In this document: piece by piece, positions 16,561-26,228 of the stretch
Numbering within the stretch: position 1 is the stretch's first letter
Layout of the letters: every line of letters starts with the position of its first letter
Virus record (IMG/VR): IMGVR_UViG_3300033145_001015
Location: 1-52,412 of that record
Direction: 5' to 3' (one strand)
Origin: a virus
Lineage: Duplodnaviria; Caudoviricetes
Length of the DNA stretch: 52,412 nucleotides
Program-made: the position numbers and the translations under genes
The notes under the pieces: model-generated
Told to the model about the DNA's origin: nothing
The model's input: the letters and a program-made list of their open reading frames with translations, nothing else
The model's database searches: none

Positions 16561-18918
16561 CTAGATAATTCTCCGCCTTCCGGCGGGTTTGCAGGATGTC
16601 GTGATCGACTCGACTGCCCACTTGCGCCCCGCAGTTCCAGTTATCTTTAACGACATAGCTTGTCCCCGACACGCTGGATGAACGGTGGCGTTAAGCTCAT
16701 CGCTCCATGTCCCCGTGTCGGAGGCATCGTCATTTATCGCGCCTTCTGGCGTTAAGGAACCGACCGCAGCCCACGTCACGTCGCCACTGCCATCCGCCAT
16801 TACGGCGTCAATTGAGTAAAGCTTCCCGACCAACGAATCCCTAGCAAGTGGTATGGGTCCAATGACAGCGTATGTCTCGTAAGTTGTGCCGCAATCATTT
16901 TCGGCAAGCTCGCTGAATCTCCGCAACTTACCATCGCGGCATCCGAGAATAACGCTAGAATCCTCTATTACCCTAGACTGGTATGCGCATGTTGCAGTTG
17001 GCTCGTGATCCTCAATCATAGAAACAGGCCAGAATGTCTTTCTTGACCAATCGAACCACCAGTGAGTGCGCGAATTAAACATCACTGATGTCAAGAAAAT
17101 ATGGACCCCGCCGTCGTGCAGATCATATTCCAGTGACACAGTGAGCATATCTGGATTTAAGTTTTGGAATTCCCGCGGCAAAACCTCACGTGAAAGCGGA
17201 ATAGGCGAAGCGTCCGCGCCTGTTGGCAGGGCGTATAAGCCATCAAAAGACAGGAAAATAAGCTCACCGGCTGGTCCAAGGCACCATGCAGTCGGCCCCA
17301 CGATCCCGACAGTATGGCTTACTGAATTTAAACTGCCACCATAAGCGGGATCACCAAGTAATCGCCATAATGAATTTCGACATGCTATAACTAAATAATC
17401 ATCGTTGTGTGGTACAAGCGCAGTAATTGGATCACCAGGCACACCAGCGTCGCTTGCTGTACCGGCTACAGCTCGCTGGCTATCCTCTTGTGAGTAATCC
17501 CAATCAAGCGGATCGCTCTGGCGAGCCATATACCATACATGAGGAGCTATCTCAGCACCGGCCAATACAATGCGGTCCAGGTGGCGACAGATTAAAGGGC
17601 AACCCGTCGGAACTTGTCCGGCTGTAGCGGTCATTTGCACCAACGTACCGGCAGACGGGTCAAACACTTTAGGAGCGCGCTCAATCCGAAATGAGCATGT
17701 TCCGTTGCCCGGCGACGAGGCGAGCGTTAGCGCGCCCGCCGCCAAGCTGGAAATCTTATACGTCCCAGCGACAGTAGCACCACCAACATTGGACACAACG
17801 ACCACATCATTATAAGGCGATATATTCTGCTCTGCCCAATTTGGATTAGCGGTAGCAGTGAGTTGATCGCCAGTTACTATACCATCAGTCTGCGTGATGC
17901 GTAAATCGCCGTAGTCGGCAATGTATAAATCCTGGCCGCTCTGGACTGCCTGTAATGTCACATCATCCCGTACCGTGAGATCAGTGGTCGCTACAGTCAT
18001 GCGACCGCTAGTATCCTCTGTGTATATGTCACCGTCCGCAGACGCCACCAGCATCGAGCGCAAAGACGGTGTTTCGATAGTCGAAAAATACTGAACTCGA
18101 AACGTATTGCACAAGCATAGCCCGCCATCATTTGTGCATTCTAAACCGAAACCAACGCGCCTATTTCCTGAGTCGTGAGTATCAACGACCTGCTCGATTA
18201 ACTCAACACCATTCCAAAATACTTTTACTGTGTCACCAGTCACCACTACCGACAGCCATGCTGCCTGCGGTTCATTAAATGTCATATCGGTGACTAAACC
18301 ATAATCAGTTTTGCTCCCTGAGTCAATGGAAGAAAGTTGCATTGAATACGAATTTGTCGAACCAGCCATAGTAAGCTCAACCATGACCCCGGCACCCGCC
18401 TCCCCGATCTCCGTGAAGTTGGGGCTGCCATCATCCAATCGCAGGTATATCCTATACTTACCATGCCACGATCCACCCCACGGTACCAAAAATGCCTCAA
18501 CTGTATACGACTCAGAAATGTCAATATCAAGAACCCTGAGAACCGCTTCCCCTTCAGCGGTATTTGTATCAACAGCAGCCACGGAAGTTGGCAAAATAAG
18601 AGGAAGGGTATCAGCCCAAAACGGCAGACTCCATGAGACATCAAGCGTAGTACCAGCAAAGTTATCCGACCAAGAGGTGAAAGCGTCGCCCATTGCAAGA
18701 GTCATCGGTGATAGCATTCGCACTTCGCCACCGAGATCGTCAACGTGAGATAATGTTAATCCCGGCCTGCTACCACCCCTCTCCCTTCCTTCGAGCGTGG
18801 CGACTGCCCGCACATTCATGCAGTCTGGCGTAGTGAAGGGAGCTTGCCGCTGATAGCTAGACTTACGGTATAAGCCGCCAAGCGGAAATTCAAGAGCAAT
18901 TTGACGTGCTTTCGTCAT
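16561..18918 (-). CDS. Tail nozzle / tail tubular protein B-like (P22 gp10/T7 gp12 analogue)
   Basis: 785 aa, FPLGGL N-terminus, beta-propeller-like repeats (DRIVLAG, YLVIAC, LIFLSFDGLY), position among tail genes. Confidence 0.65.
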   Translation of the reverse strand: MTKARQIALEFPLGGLYRKSSYQRQAPFTTPDCMNVRAVATLEGRERGGSRPGLTLSHVDDLGGEVRMLSPMTLAMGDAFTSWSDNFAGTTLDVSWSLPFWADTLPLILPTSVAAVDTNTAEGEAVLRVLDIDISESYTVEAFLVPWGGSWHGKYRIYLRLDDGSPNFTEIGEAGAGVMVELTMAGSTNSYSMQLSSIDSGSKTDYGLVTDMTFNEPQAAWLSVVVTGDTVKVFWNGVELIEQVVDTHDSGNRRVGFGLECTNDGGLCLCNTFRVQYFSTIETPSLRSMLVASADGDIYTEDTSGRMTVATTDLTVRDDVTLQAVQSGQDLYIADYGDLRITQTDGIVTGDQLTATANPNWAEQNISPYNDVVVVSNVGGATVAGTYKISSLAAGALTLASSPGNGTCSFRIERAPKVFDPSAGTLVQMTATAGQVPTGCPLICRHLDRIVLAGAEIAPHVWYMARQSDPLDWDYSQEDSQRAVAGTASDAGVPGDPITALVPHNDDYLVIACRNSLWRLLGDPAYGGSLNSVSHTVGIVGPTAWCLGPAGELIFLSFDGLYALPTGADASPIPLSREVLPREFQNLNPDMLTVSLEYDLHDGGVHIFLTSVMFNSRTHWWFDWSRKTFWPVSMIEDHEPTATCAYQSRVIEDSSVILGCRDGKLRRFSELAENDCGTTYETYAVIGPIPLARDSLVGKLYSIDAVMADGSGDVTWAAVGSLTPEGAINDDASDTGTWSDELNATVHPACRGQAMSLKITGTAGRKWAVESITTSCKPAGRRRII

Positions 18919-18932
18919 TCAAATATCTCGAT

Positions 18933-18973
18933 AAAAAAGGCTTGCGACAGTATACATTATACCGTCGCAAGCC
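18933..18973 (-). terminator. Rho-independent terminator hairpin
   Basis: GGCTTGCGACGGTATA-ATG-TATACTGTCGCAAGCC followed by TTTTTT on the minus strand. Confidence 0.75.
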
Positions 18974-18984
18974 CTGAATGTCAA
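18956..18984 (-). promoter_or_regulatory. Perfect sigma70 consensus promoter overlapping the terminator
   Basis: TTGACA-17 bp-TATAAT. Confidence 0.75.
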
Positions 18985-18992
18985 CCTCTCAA

Positions 18993-20633
18993 TTACGCGG
19001 TGTCATCAAGGCTATTGCAGGCCAAGTAAACAATACGCACCCGAACCTTACCGCCAGCCACAAACTTCTCAGACACAGCAGCACCAGCATTATCGGCAGC
19101 CTTCACTGTCACCGTTTCCGCCCCGCTAAGCACGGCGTAAGCAGGTAGTGTGTTAGTCTTGGTATTTTGGACCAAATCAGCACTCAAACCATACTTGTCG
19201 GGATCACCAGTAACACCAATACCAACCTTAGTTAGGCCATCATCACCAGTAGCATCGCCCTCCACGAGCGTATCGTTGTTAGCCTGCACCGAAAGAATAA
19301 CCGCGCCATCAGGCACAGTTTCCGTCAGGTCGCACTCCACGGCATTTGTGAGAGTCACAACTTCATCAATTACCTTAACCTCAAAACCCTCGGTAGCCGA
19401 GGCCCCGAAACGCTGAGCCACGGCAGCAGCGGCAGCACCGGCGCTAAGAGAGACCGCACCGCTTGCCCCGACATTGCGGAATTCACTTACGTCCTTGCTG
19501 GCATCAACAACCACCGCCTTGCTGGCCTCTACGGTTCCGGCGGCAGTTATGTCACAAGCATTCAATTCCGCTGGCGTAGCAGTTACCTCAACCTCAAGGC
19601 CAGTTGCACCAACGTGCAATTCAGTAGCTTTCACAACGCCGATATTGACATTTGCGTCTGCCACAACTGCCTTGCTGGCAACCTGAGTGCCAGCTACCGC
19701 ATCATCTAGCACGTCGGCTTCCGCTAGCGTAATCTGAGCAGTAGACTGCATGAGATACGACGTAGCCCCGGGATCAGGCAAGTTAATAGTTCGTGCCGCT
19801 GCCATTTCAGCTACCACGATAGAGACGGTAGTATCACCCGCTTGATCCGCACAAGTCAAGGAAACTTTTCCCTTTGACTCGGTAGATGGAAAAATATCGA
19901 CACTACCAACACTGCCCGAAGCACCAGCATCCAAGTTTTGACAATTAAGATTACGAAAGTCCCCGGCATCCTTATCTGAACTCACCACAACAGCCTTGGA
20001 TGCTACGACCGTTCCAGCCACGGCGTCATCCAGAACGTCGGCCTCAGCTAACGTAATCTGAGCGGTGGACTGCATCAGATACGAAGTCGCCCCCGGGTCA
20101 GGAAGGTGAACTGCCCTTGCCGCGGCCATCTCATCAACCACAAGCGAGACAGTCGTATCACCCGCTTGGTCAGCAACAGAGACGGCCAACTTACCCTTAG
20201 ACGCCGTAGACGGAAACACGTCAAGCACACCAGCCGCGCCAGACGAACCAACATCAAAGCTGCCGACTGAACTTACAACAGATACCTTGCCGTCCGCAGC
20301 CATAGTTGCGTCTTGTGACATGGCGACTTGCTCGAAGCTGTCGCCATCACCGACCAGGATTTCACCTTCAGTATAATCGACAGGCCCAACGTCAGCGCAA
20401 TCCGCGACAGAAAGAGACTCGGGACTTTCGAGTGCATCAAAATTGCAGGAGCTTACTGAACCTACATTTTGGTACACCGCAGTACCAGCGATACCATCAG
20501 TATGTTGAAACAGGCAACCCGTCTGATAACCGTCTGCCCCGTTAGTTGGAACAGTATCACCGGATGCAAAAAGCAAACCGCGATCCAGCTCGGGCTTCTG
20601 CATTTTGATTAAACTACAAATACGGTCGATCAT
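18993..20633 (-). CDS. Virion fibre/decoration protein with internal ~108-aa duplication
   Basis: Two long repeats plus a partial third (AGTxxASKAVV); Ala/Val/Asp/Gly-rich. Confidence 0.65.
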   Translation of the reverse strand: MIDRICSLIKMQKPELDRGLLFASGDTVPTNGADGYQTGCLFQHTDGIAGTAVYQNVGSVSSCNFDALESPESLSVADCADVGPVDYTEGEILVGDGDSFEQVAMSQDATMAADGKVSVVSSVGSFDVGSSGAAGVLDVFPSTASKGKLAVSVADQAGDTTVSLVVDEMAAARAVHLPDPGATSYLMQSTAQITLAEADVLDDAVAGTVVASKAVVVSSDKDAGDFRNLNCQNLDAGASGSVGSVDIFPSTESKGKVSLTCADQAGDTTVSIVVAEMAAARTINLPDPGATSYLMQSTAQITLAEADVLDDAVAGTQVASKAVVADANVNIGVVKATELHVGATGLEVEVTATPAELNACDITAAGTVEASKAVVVDASKDVSEFRNVGASGAVSLSAGAAAAAVAQRFGASATEGFEVKVIDEVVTLTNAVECDLTETVPDGAVILSVQANNDTLVEGDATGDDGLTKVGIGVTGDPDKYGLSADLVQNTKTNTLPAYAVLSGAETVTVKAADNAGAAVSEKFVAGGKVRVRIVYLACNSLDDTA

Positions 20634-20698
20634 TTTACATCCCTTTCAGGGACAGAGGAAAAAAATTCCGGTACTTTTACCCGGCAGTTAAAAACTCA

Positions 20699-20983
20699 CT
20701 ACACAATATGTGGTCCAGGGCGGATGTCAACATCGCCATCCTGATATGTTCCAGCTCCGTTGTTGCCGATGGCGTACACGGCCCCTCGGGCTTCATGGCC
20801 ACGCAAGACAGCCGTGTCGCCTATGTTTACCAACTGGACACCTTCCCCGGCAACGGCAGCTTCGCCGAGTCCAAGTGCCACAGCAGTATCGTTGTTTTTC
20901 TGGATCAAAAGTCTATCCCTGTGTTCATCTGCCGCTACAATAACAGTGCTGGCGGCTGTTGCAGTCCACTTGCCTTTAGCCAT
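20699..20983 (-). CDS. Small beta-rich virion protein
   Basis: R-x-x-L-L-I-Q-x-N...V-x-L-G...G-x-x-L pattern typical of small phage structural proteins. Confidence 0.55.
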   Translation of the reverse strand: MAKGKWTATAASTVIVAADEHRDRLLIQKNNDTAVALGLGEAAVAGEGVQLVNIGDTAVLRGHEARGAVYAIGNNGAGTYQDGDVDIRPGPHIV

Positions 20984-20988
20984 AGTAT

Positions 20989-21276
20989 TCAGTCCTTCTT
21001 CTTCTTGTCGCTTAAGGCTCTAATTAAATTCCAATACCCCGACCCAGCAGGCGCAGCCCCTTCCATGATTCCTTTCCTGCGACCGGCGGCTTTTTTTGTC
21101 CTGATTTGTGACGGCGTTGACTTTGCAATTGGCTTCTTCCCTGCTCTCACTTTATTGAAATGTGCGTCAACTCGTGCCCGCTCCGCCTTTCGCGCACCCC
21201 TCTTAGCCCCGGCAGCCAAGGAACCAGGCTTCTTCATTTCCTGCATGAGAGCAGCAATGTGAGTAATAGCGCTCAT
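20989..21276 (-). CDS. Basic hypothetical protein
   Basis: Lys/Arg/Ala-rich ORF filling the operon gap, ATGA overlap. Confidence 0.55.
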   Translation of the reverse strand: MSAITHIAALMQEMKKPGSLAAGAKRGARKAERARVDAHFNKVRAGKKPIAKSTPSQIRTKKAAGRRKGIMEGAAPAGSGYWNLIRALSDKKKKD

Positions 21277-21956
21277 AGGACCACTACCTTCGATTGTTCT
21301 AAATAATTTGCGAGACCCCGGACACGCTGAACATCATCTTTCAGCAAACCAAGTGATATATTACATTGGTGGCATAGCCAACCACGGAATTTTCCTGTTT
21401 CATGGTCATGTTCCAAGGCGAGGCGTTTATGGCATTCAGACTCAGGTATTTGGCACCCGGCGTTTTGGCATCTTCCAGTAAACGCAGCTCTGATTTCTTC
21501 CACAGTCGCCGAGCATGGTACATGAGAATTTCTGCGCGCCATCGCATCAGACTGCCTAAGAGCACATAAAAAACGATCCTTCTTCACGTATGATTTCCTG
21601 GCAATCGCCCTCTTTTGTTTCTTGTGCCTGTGATTCCATGCACGCTGTTGCTCCGCAAGACAAGCATAACACCGCGCACTTCTTTTCTTACTTCGTATCG
21701 GAAATTCAGAGAGATTCTTTTCCATACCACATTTTGTGCATTTTCGCGTCAAGCCCTCGTATTTTTGCTCTCGTTCGGCTTTTTCCTTTTGTCTTTTTTT
21801 ATAAAGATCACTTTTGCGATATTGTATTTTGCAAACAGCATTAGTGCAATCCCTACATTTATGACGATAAAAAACAACGCCACCACCTTCACGATGATGA
21901 ACCGTAAAATTGCATAGCTGCTTTTCGATACCGCACACTTTGCAAATTCGCGTCAT
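21273..21956 (-). CDS. EndoVII-type (His-Me) endonuclease with two N-terminal CxxC zinc fingers; putative homing endonuclease
   Basis: EHDHETGKFRGWLCHQCNISLG; start re-called at ATG 21956. Confidence 0.85.
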   Translation of the reverse strand: MTRICKVCGIEKQLCNFTVHHREGGGVVFYRHKCRDCTNAVCKIQYRKSDLYKKRQKEKAEREQKYEGLTRKCTKCGMEKNLSEFPIRSKKRSARCYACLAEQQRAWNHRHKKQKRAIARKSYVKKDRFLCALRQSDAMARRNSHVPCSATVEEIRAAFTGRCQNAGCQIPESECHKRLALEHDHETGKFRGWLCHQCNISLGLLKDDVQRVRGLANYLEQSKVVVL

Positions 21957-21957
21957 C

Positions 21958-22743
21958 TCAAATCGGCTCCCCGTTATAGAGAATGGGGTACGTCCCCCCC
22001 GTATGGCCCCGCCTAAAATCAACTAACTCCGGGTCTTGATTGCCCATCTGGCCATAACACTTCCCGCTATTTTTCCTATCACGAGCTGCTGCGTCAACAA
22101 GAAGCGCCTGGTATATTTGTGTATGAATTCCAATCTCATCATTGACTTGACTCTCGGCAACAGCCAGACATGATTCGATATAAAGCTCAGCAAACTTCAT
22201 TCCGCCAAGCGGATACGGGTATGCACTGCTCAACGCGCCGCTAAACGCCTCATACTCATACGCCATAGTCCAGCTGTCATCTGGCTCGGGTTGCAAGAGA
22301 ACTTCCTGTCGCTGCCCACTGGAGCCATCTGAACTCTTGAAACGAGTGGCGAAGTACACCGGAATGCCAGTTTGGTCAGTCATGGCCCGCAGTTCAAGAA
22401 TCCTGCTAACCGCAACCTCAACAACCGAACTCTTATATTCCTCTGCCGGGAAATGAATTTTCCCAATCAATCGCCCAAAATCATCTGGCAAATCGTAGTC
22501 CGATATGCCAGATACAACCGCCAGTGTGGTATGCGGCCTGAGCCACGACCATTCGTAAGCAAGAGTGCTGGGATCAATTGCTGGCGGGTAATACACCCTT
22601 CGCACGCCACTCTGAACTAGCCTATTGAGTATCGCCTTTTTGGCAGCCGAATAATCGTCATACGCCTTGTAGCCGTAACCGAGGAACTCCCCGGTCCGGC
22701 CAATCAGATCAGCAAAGCCTACTGACAATCCAGATTCAGCCAA
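21958..22743 (-). CDS. Head-tail adaptor / tail tubular protein A-like
   Basis: WSWL...YDLPDDFGRL...PEPD pattern of podophage adaptor proteins; TTG start after GGAG. Confidence 0.7.
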   Translation of the reverse strand: MAESGLSVGFADLIGRTGEFLGYGYKAYDDYSAAKKAILNRLVQSGVRRVYYPPAIDPSTLAYEWSWLRPHTTLAVVSGISDYDLPDDFGRLIGKIHFPAEEYKSSVVEVAVSRILELRAMTDQTGIPVYFATRFKSSDGSSGQRQEVLLQPEPDDSWTMAYEYEAFSGALSSAYPYPLGGMKFAELYIESCLAVAESQVNDEIGIHTQIYQALLVDAAARDRKNSGKCYGQMGNQDPELVDFRRGHTGGTYPILYNGEPI

Positions 22744-22873
22744 TGGATTACTCCTATAAGTAACCCAGCCGGAAGGTTCTTATGGCGCGACCGACTGGGA
22801 ACGAGTGTCTTGTTGCCTCGGCTGGAGGAGAGAATATCCAGCCGAGGCTTTGCATACACCTTTCGGTATACGC

Positions 22874-23662
22874 TTATGTCACGCTACAACCGACACGACC
22901 TCTTTCATACCAGTCACCGACCCACTCGACGGTATCCTCGTCACCATCATCATCCAAGACGATGGTTTGCAAGGCAGTTGCCCCGTCAAGCTGAATGCCA
23001 TTAACGGTAATGACGAAATCATACGTGTCACCATAATCAACAACACAAACAAACTTCTTGCGCTGACCGGGCTTGGTTCCATCAGCCATTGTGAAAGTGG
23101 CGTGAGAACCAGGGGTTCCAGTCGCGTCAAGGACGGTCACTCCGCCGACCATGCAAGCGATAGCTCCGCCAGTATCAGCGTCCACGACCTGCACGAGATT
23201 AGACTCTTCGCCTTCCTGGAGGCGACAAAGAACTAGCCCAGCGTCCGTAGAACAATCTGCGGTTTGGAGCGGAACCATCGAGCCGCGGCCTTGGAATCCG
23301 GCATACCGAAAATAACCAGCATAAGTTCCAGCGGCTTCGCACGTAAAGATGCCGACACCAATCGTAGTGCTGACTTTACATAGCACGCTACACACGCTAC
23401 CTGGCAGGTAAATCTCAATAAGTTGCCCGCCAGATTGTGCTGAATAATCCCGTGCACATACCCCTGCAAAATACGGGGCATTCAGAATCGTCGGAACCTC
23501 GACGCGATTTCCACGCCGAGCATCAGAAGCCGAAGCGGTTCCGTAATCCCAGTTATAACACACCCCTTGGCCTTCAAGCAACGCAGTCGCGCCCTCAAAC
23601 CAAACCCACGCGCTAATCGTATCTGCCTGTTTCTGATAGGCATTTAGCGACCTACTAGACAT
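22874..23662 (-). CDS. Capsid decoration/cement-like protein
   Basis: Immediately downstream of the major capsid gene; beta-rich; ADGTKPGQRK motif. Confidence 0.55.
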   Translation of the reverse strand: MSSRSLNAYQKQADTISAWVWFEGATALLEGQGVCYNWDYGTASASDARRGNRVEVPTILNAPYFAGVCARDYSAQSGGQLIEIYLPGSVCSVLCKVSTTIGVGIFTCEAAGTYAGYFRYAGFQGRGSMVPLQTADCSTDAGLVLCRLQEGEESNLVQVVDADTGGAIACMVGGVTVLDATGTPGSHATFTMADGTKPGQRKKFVCVVDYGDTYDFVITVNGIQLDGATALQTIVLDDDGDEDTVEWVGDWYERGRVGCSVT

Positions 23663-23702
23663 ATCAATATCCTTCTCTTAAAAGTCGAAATTGCCTAAAA
23701 AA

Positions 23703-24746
23703 TTACGCAACCTTGGAAAACACGGCCTGGCGACGCAGGTCAGTACAAATCATCTCGAACGAACAATCGAGATCAATACGACGAACCTTGCTCTTATTCG
23801 GAACCATATACGGTTTCGAGAGTTGATTCTCCCAGCCAGCCAACACGCCGACGGCCAGCTTCTTCCAGTCAAGCATGTAGACCGGATCGGTATCATCTGC
23901 ATCGAGCTTCGGAACGTAAGTAAGTGGCGTACCCTTAAAGACAGTCTTACCGTCCTTGCTGGCAACATCATTCCCTAGATTCATATTCTGGGTTTCCAGA
24001 ATCTCCTCCATTAAACTAACGGTATTGTAGTTCGCGTAAATACCATTACCCATCCCACCCACATCAGGTTGGGAGTGGGACACGGGACTTCGGAACCTCG
24101 TTTTCATGGACGCTTCGCGCATCTTACGAATCAAATCCTCCTTGGAAACCGCAGCGTAATCAGACGCCCAATTTACCCAACGAGCATTCGCGGAAGTAAG
24201 AATATGCGCACGGCCAATAGCCTCATAGCCACTCGGATCGACGCCCTTGAAGCCATTCTCGCCCGAAGCGCATTTTTGCACCCAGAACGAAACTCCGTGC
24301 GGAGTTTTGTTATCGGTAGCTGAAGGACTCCCCCACAGAAACTCCTCCATCTTCTCGTAAAACGAAACCATCATAGCGACGTAACGAGAATAAACCAAAT
24401 CAACGATTGCCTTACCACCACGTTGAAAAGCCTTTTCGCGCTGATCGTAGATATAATGCGCGTTGACGTGTCGGGGCCGCATGTAGCCCTCAACCAACGT
24501 ATCAGTTACGCTTGAACCATCGGTCTCGAAAAGGCTGACTGCACGGGCACTGTGGTTGTGGTCAATCTGTGCCTGGAATTGCCAGTCGTCGCCACCGTCA
24601 AAGACCTTCCTGCGACCCTTCCAAAGCTCCCTTACGGCAACGTGATCCGAAAGATCAGTCTGCAAATCCAGGAACGCCCCCTTTTTAACTAGATGCTCTT
24701 GCGTTGCAATGACAGCATCGTCAATATCAGCAAATTGAATTGCCAT
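23703..24746 (-). CDS. Major capsid protein
   Basis: 347 aa after the scaffold; C-terminal FKGTPLTYVPKLD...YMLD...RRQAV pattern of HK97-fold capsids. Confidence 0.8.
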   Translation of the reverse strand: MAIQFADIDDAVIATQEHLVKKGAFLDLQTDLSDHVAVRELWKGRRKVFDGGDDWQFQAQIDHNHSARAVSLFETDGSSVTDTLVEGYMRPRHVNAHYIYDQREKAFQRGGKAIVDLVYSRYVAMMVSFYEKMEEFLWGSPSATDNKTPHGVSFWVQKCASGENGFKGVDPSGYEAIGRAHILTSANARWVNWASDYAAVSKEDLIRKMREASMKTRFRSPVSHSQPDVGGMGNGIYANYNTVSLMEEILETQNMNLGNDVASKDGKTVFKGTPLTYVPKLDADDTDPVYMLDWKKLAVGVLAGWENQLSKPYMVPNKSKVRRIDLDCSFEMICTDLRRQAVFSKVA

Positions 24747-24784
24747 TTCTTACTTTCTGTTCTACTCCGTGAACAAATACGCCG

Positions 24785-25819
24785 CTACTTCCGTGCGAAA
24801 AATCTCGCATTTAACATCTCGGCAGCTTCCTCCAACGGAGATTGATGTCCTCTTGTTTTTCGACTATTCGCTCTCTGGATATGTTGCGAACCGCGTTTCG
24901 CAAGGTCGTCAGAGAGTTTCTTTTCACGATTTTGCTGATATGTATCTTTCAATACCAGCCTTGCCGCATCGTCAAACATTTCGTCACGATCCGGCGCTTG
25001 CATTCCCGCGGCGTTATACCCGCTGAGGAATACGGCAACTTTATTAGCGATAGCCTCCCTGGTGGCAAATTGCGCACCATATCTATCGAGTGAATTCATT
25101 TTCCCGGCCCCGAGGACCGTCTCAAAATCCTTCCCGAGTCCAGCGACCTTACCGTCGAACCAATTGGTCATTTCACTAACAACCGCCTCGTGTGATGCCC
25201 GCTCGGAATACTGGGATTGTTCGGCGATACTGGATTTTAATTCCTCTAATTCGTCATGTTGCTTTTTCGCTACGTCAAGAAGCGAATCGTACAATTCAAT
25301 AACTTCCGGTTCATATTTCTCGGGATCGAGCTTCTTGACACCGGCAAATGGGTCTACTTTTTCCTTAGGTGCTTCCTGCTCTTCCGGCGGTCGTTGCGCC
25401 TCAACGGCAGCCCGCATGGAATCAACTGCACGATCAAGCACAGCAGACGACGGGAACGACCTAGCCTCCTCTAGCGATAGTCCAGCTTGAACTGCACGAG
25501 TCAAACAAGCATCGCTTATTTCCTCCACCTGCCCTGAAGAAGTATCTTCTTTCTTAGGAGCATCTTTATCTCCCGGTTCCGTCTCGCCCTCAACACCCTC
25601 CAAATCTCCTTCGGGATCGCCAGACTTATCATCGGGATCGCCATCAGCATTAGCAGGATCACTTCGAGCATCATCCTTGCGCCCGTCGTCTTTCTTTTCC
25701 TCGATAACTCCCTCTGGCGCATCCACCCCGCCGCCTACCACCTCTTCGAGTTCCTGATCTTCAACGATAGTATCAATGGCACCATCAATCTCAGTAAGCA
25801 TTTCGTCTGCAACTGGCAT
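24785..25819 (-). CDS. Capsid scaffolding protein
   Basis: Acidic disordered N-terminus, helical core, basic C-terminus; between portal and capsid; ATG 25819 after AGGAGAG. Confidence 0.7.
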   Translation of the reverse strand: MPVADEMLTEIDGAIDTIVEDQELEEVVGGGVDAPEGVIEEKKDDGRKDDARSDPANADGDPDDKSGDPEGDLEGVEGETEPGDKDAPKKEDTSSGQVEEISDACLTRAVQAGLSLEEARSFPSSAVLDRAVDSMRAAVEAQRPPEEQEAPKEKVDPFAGVKKLDPEKYEPEVIELYDSLLDVAKKQHDELEELKSSIAEQSQYSERASHEAVVSEMTNWFDGKVAGLGKDFETVLGAGKMNSLDRYGAQFATREAIANKVAVFLSGYNAAGMQAPDRDEMFDDAARLVLKDTYQQNREKKLSDDLAKRGSQHIQRANSRKTRGHQSPLEEAAEMLNARFFARK

Positions 25820-25833
25820 GTTATTTTCTCTCC

Positions 25834-26178
25834 TTAACAAAATGAATTCTTATCATAAAACCCGCGTAACTTCAGGAGACGCTTGCGCTGACCAGATGAG
25901 GTATACACGGGATTTCCGTCATTCGTAACCTCAACACTCTCGCCGTGCTTCTCGAAGAATTTCCGCAACTCGGGAGCCTGGGCTGGATTTACCCCACTTG
26001 CGAGGCATTCAATCCGATAATCCCTACACGATCTCCCCTCGCAGGGTTTCCACTCCGCCGCCATGTCTCGCTTTGCTTCACGACCATTAGCAAACACAAC
26101 CTGCTCCGGGGCCTCTCCCATAGGGAAATTATGGACCTCCGTGCTGCCTGTCTCATCCGTATAGCAATACGTTGCCAT
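25834..26178 (-). CDS. FmdB-like small protein
   Basis: MATYCY N-terminus and position between portal and scaffold; canonical zinc Cys residues mostly absent. Confidence 0.45.
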   Translation of the reverse strand: MATYCYTDETGSTEVHNFPMGEAPEQVVFANGREAKRDMAAEWKPCEGRSCRDYRIECLASGVNPAQAPELRKFFEKHGESVEVTNDGNPVYTSSGQRKRLLKLRGFYDKNSFC

Positions 26179-26196
26179 AAAATATCCCCATTTACT

Positions 26197-26225
26197 ATTA
26201 TACCATAAATAACAAAGGAAGTCAA
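26197..26225 (-). promoter_or_regulatory. Sigma70-type promoter for the scaffold/capsid operon
   Basis: TTGACT-17 bp-TATAAT. Confidence 0.75.
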
Positions 26226-26228
26226 GAA

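Noticed and set aside
18993-20633. Repeat pair as a diversity-generating retroelement TR/VR
   Set aside because: Differences are synonymous rather than adenine-specific, and no reverse transcriptase is present
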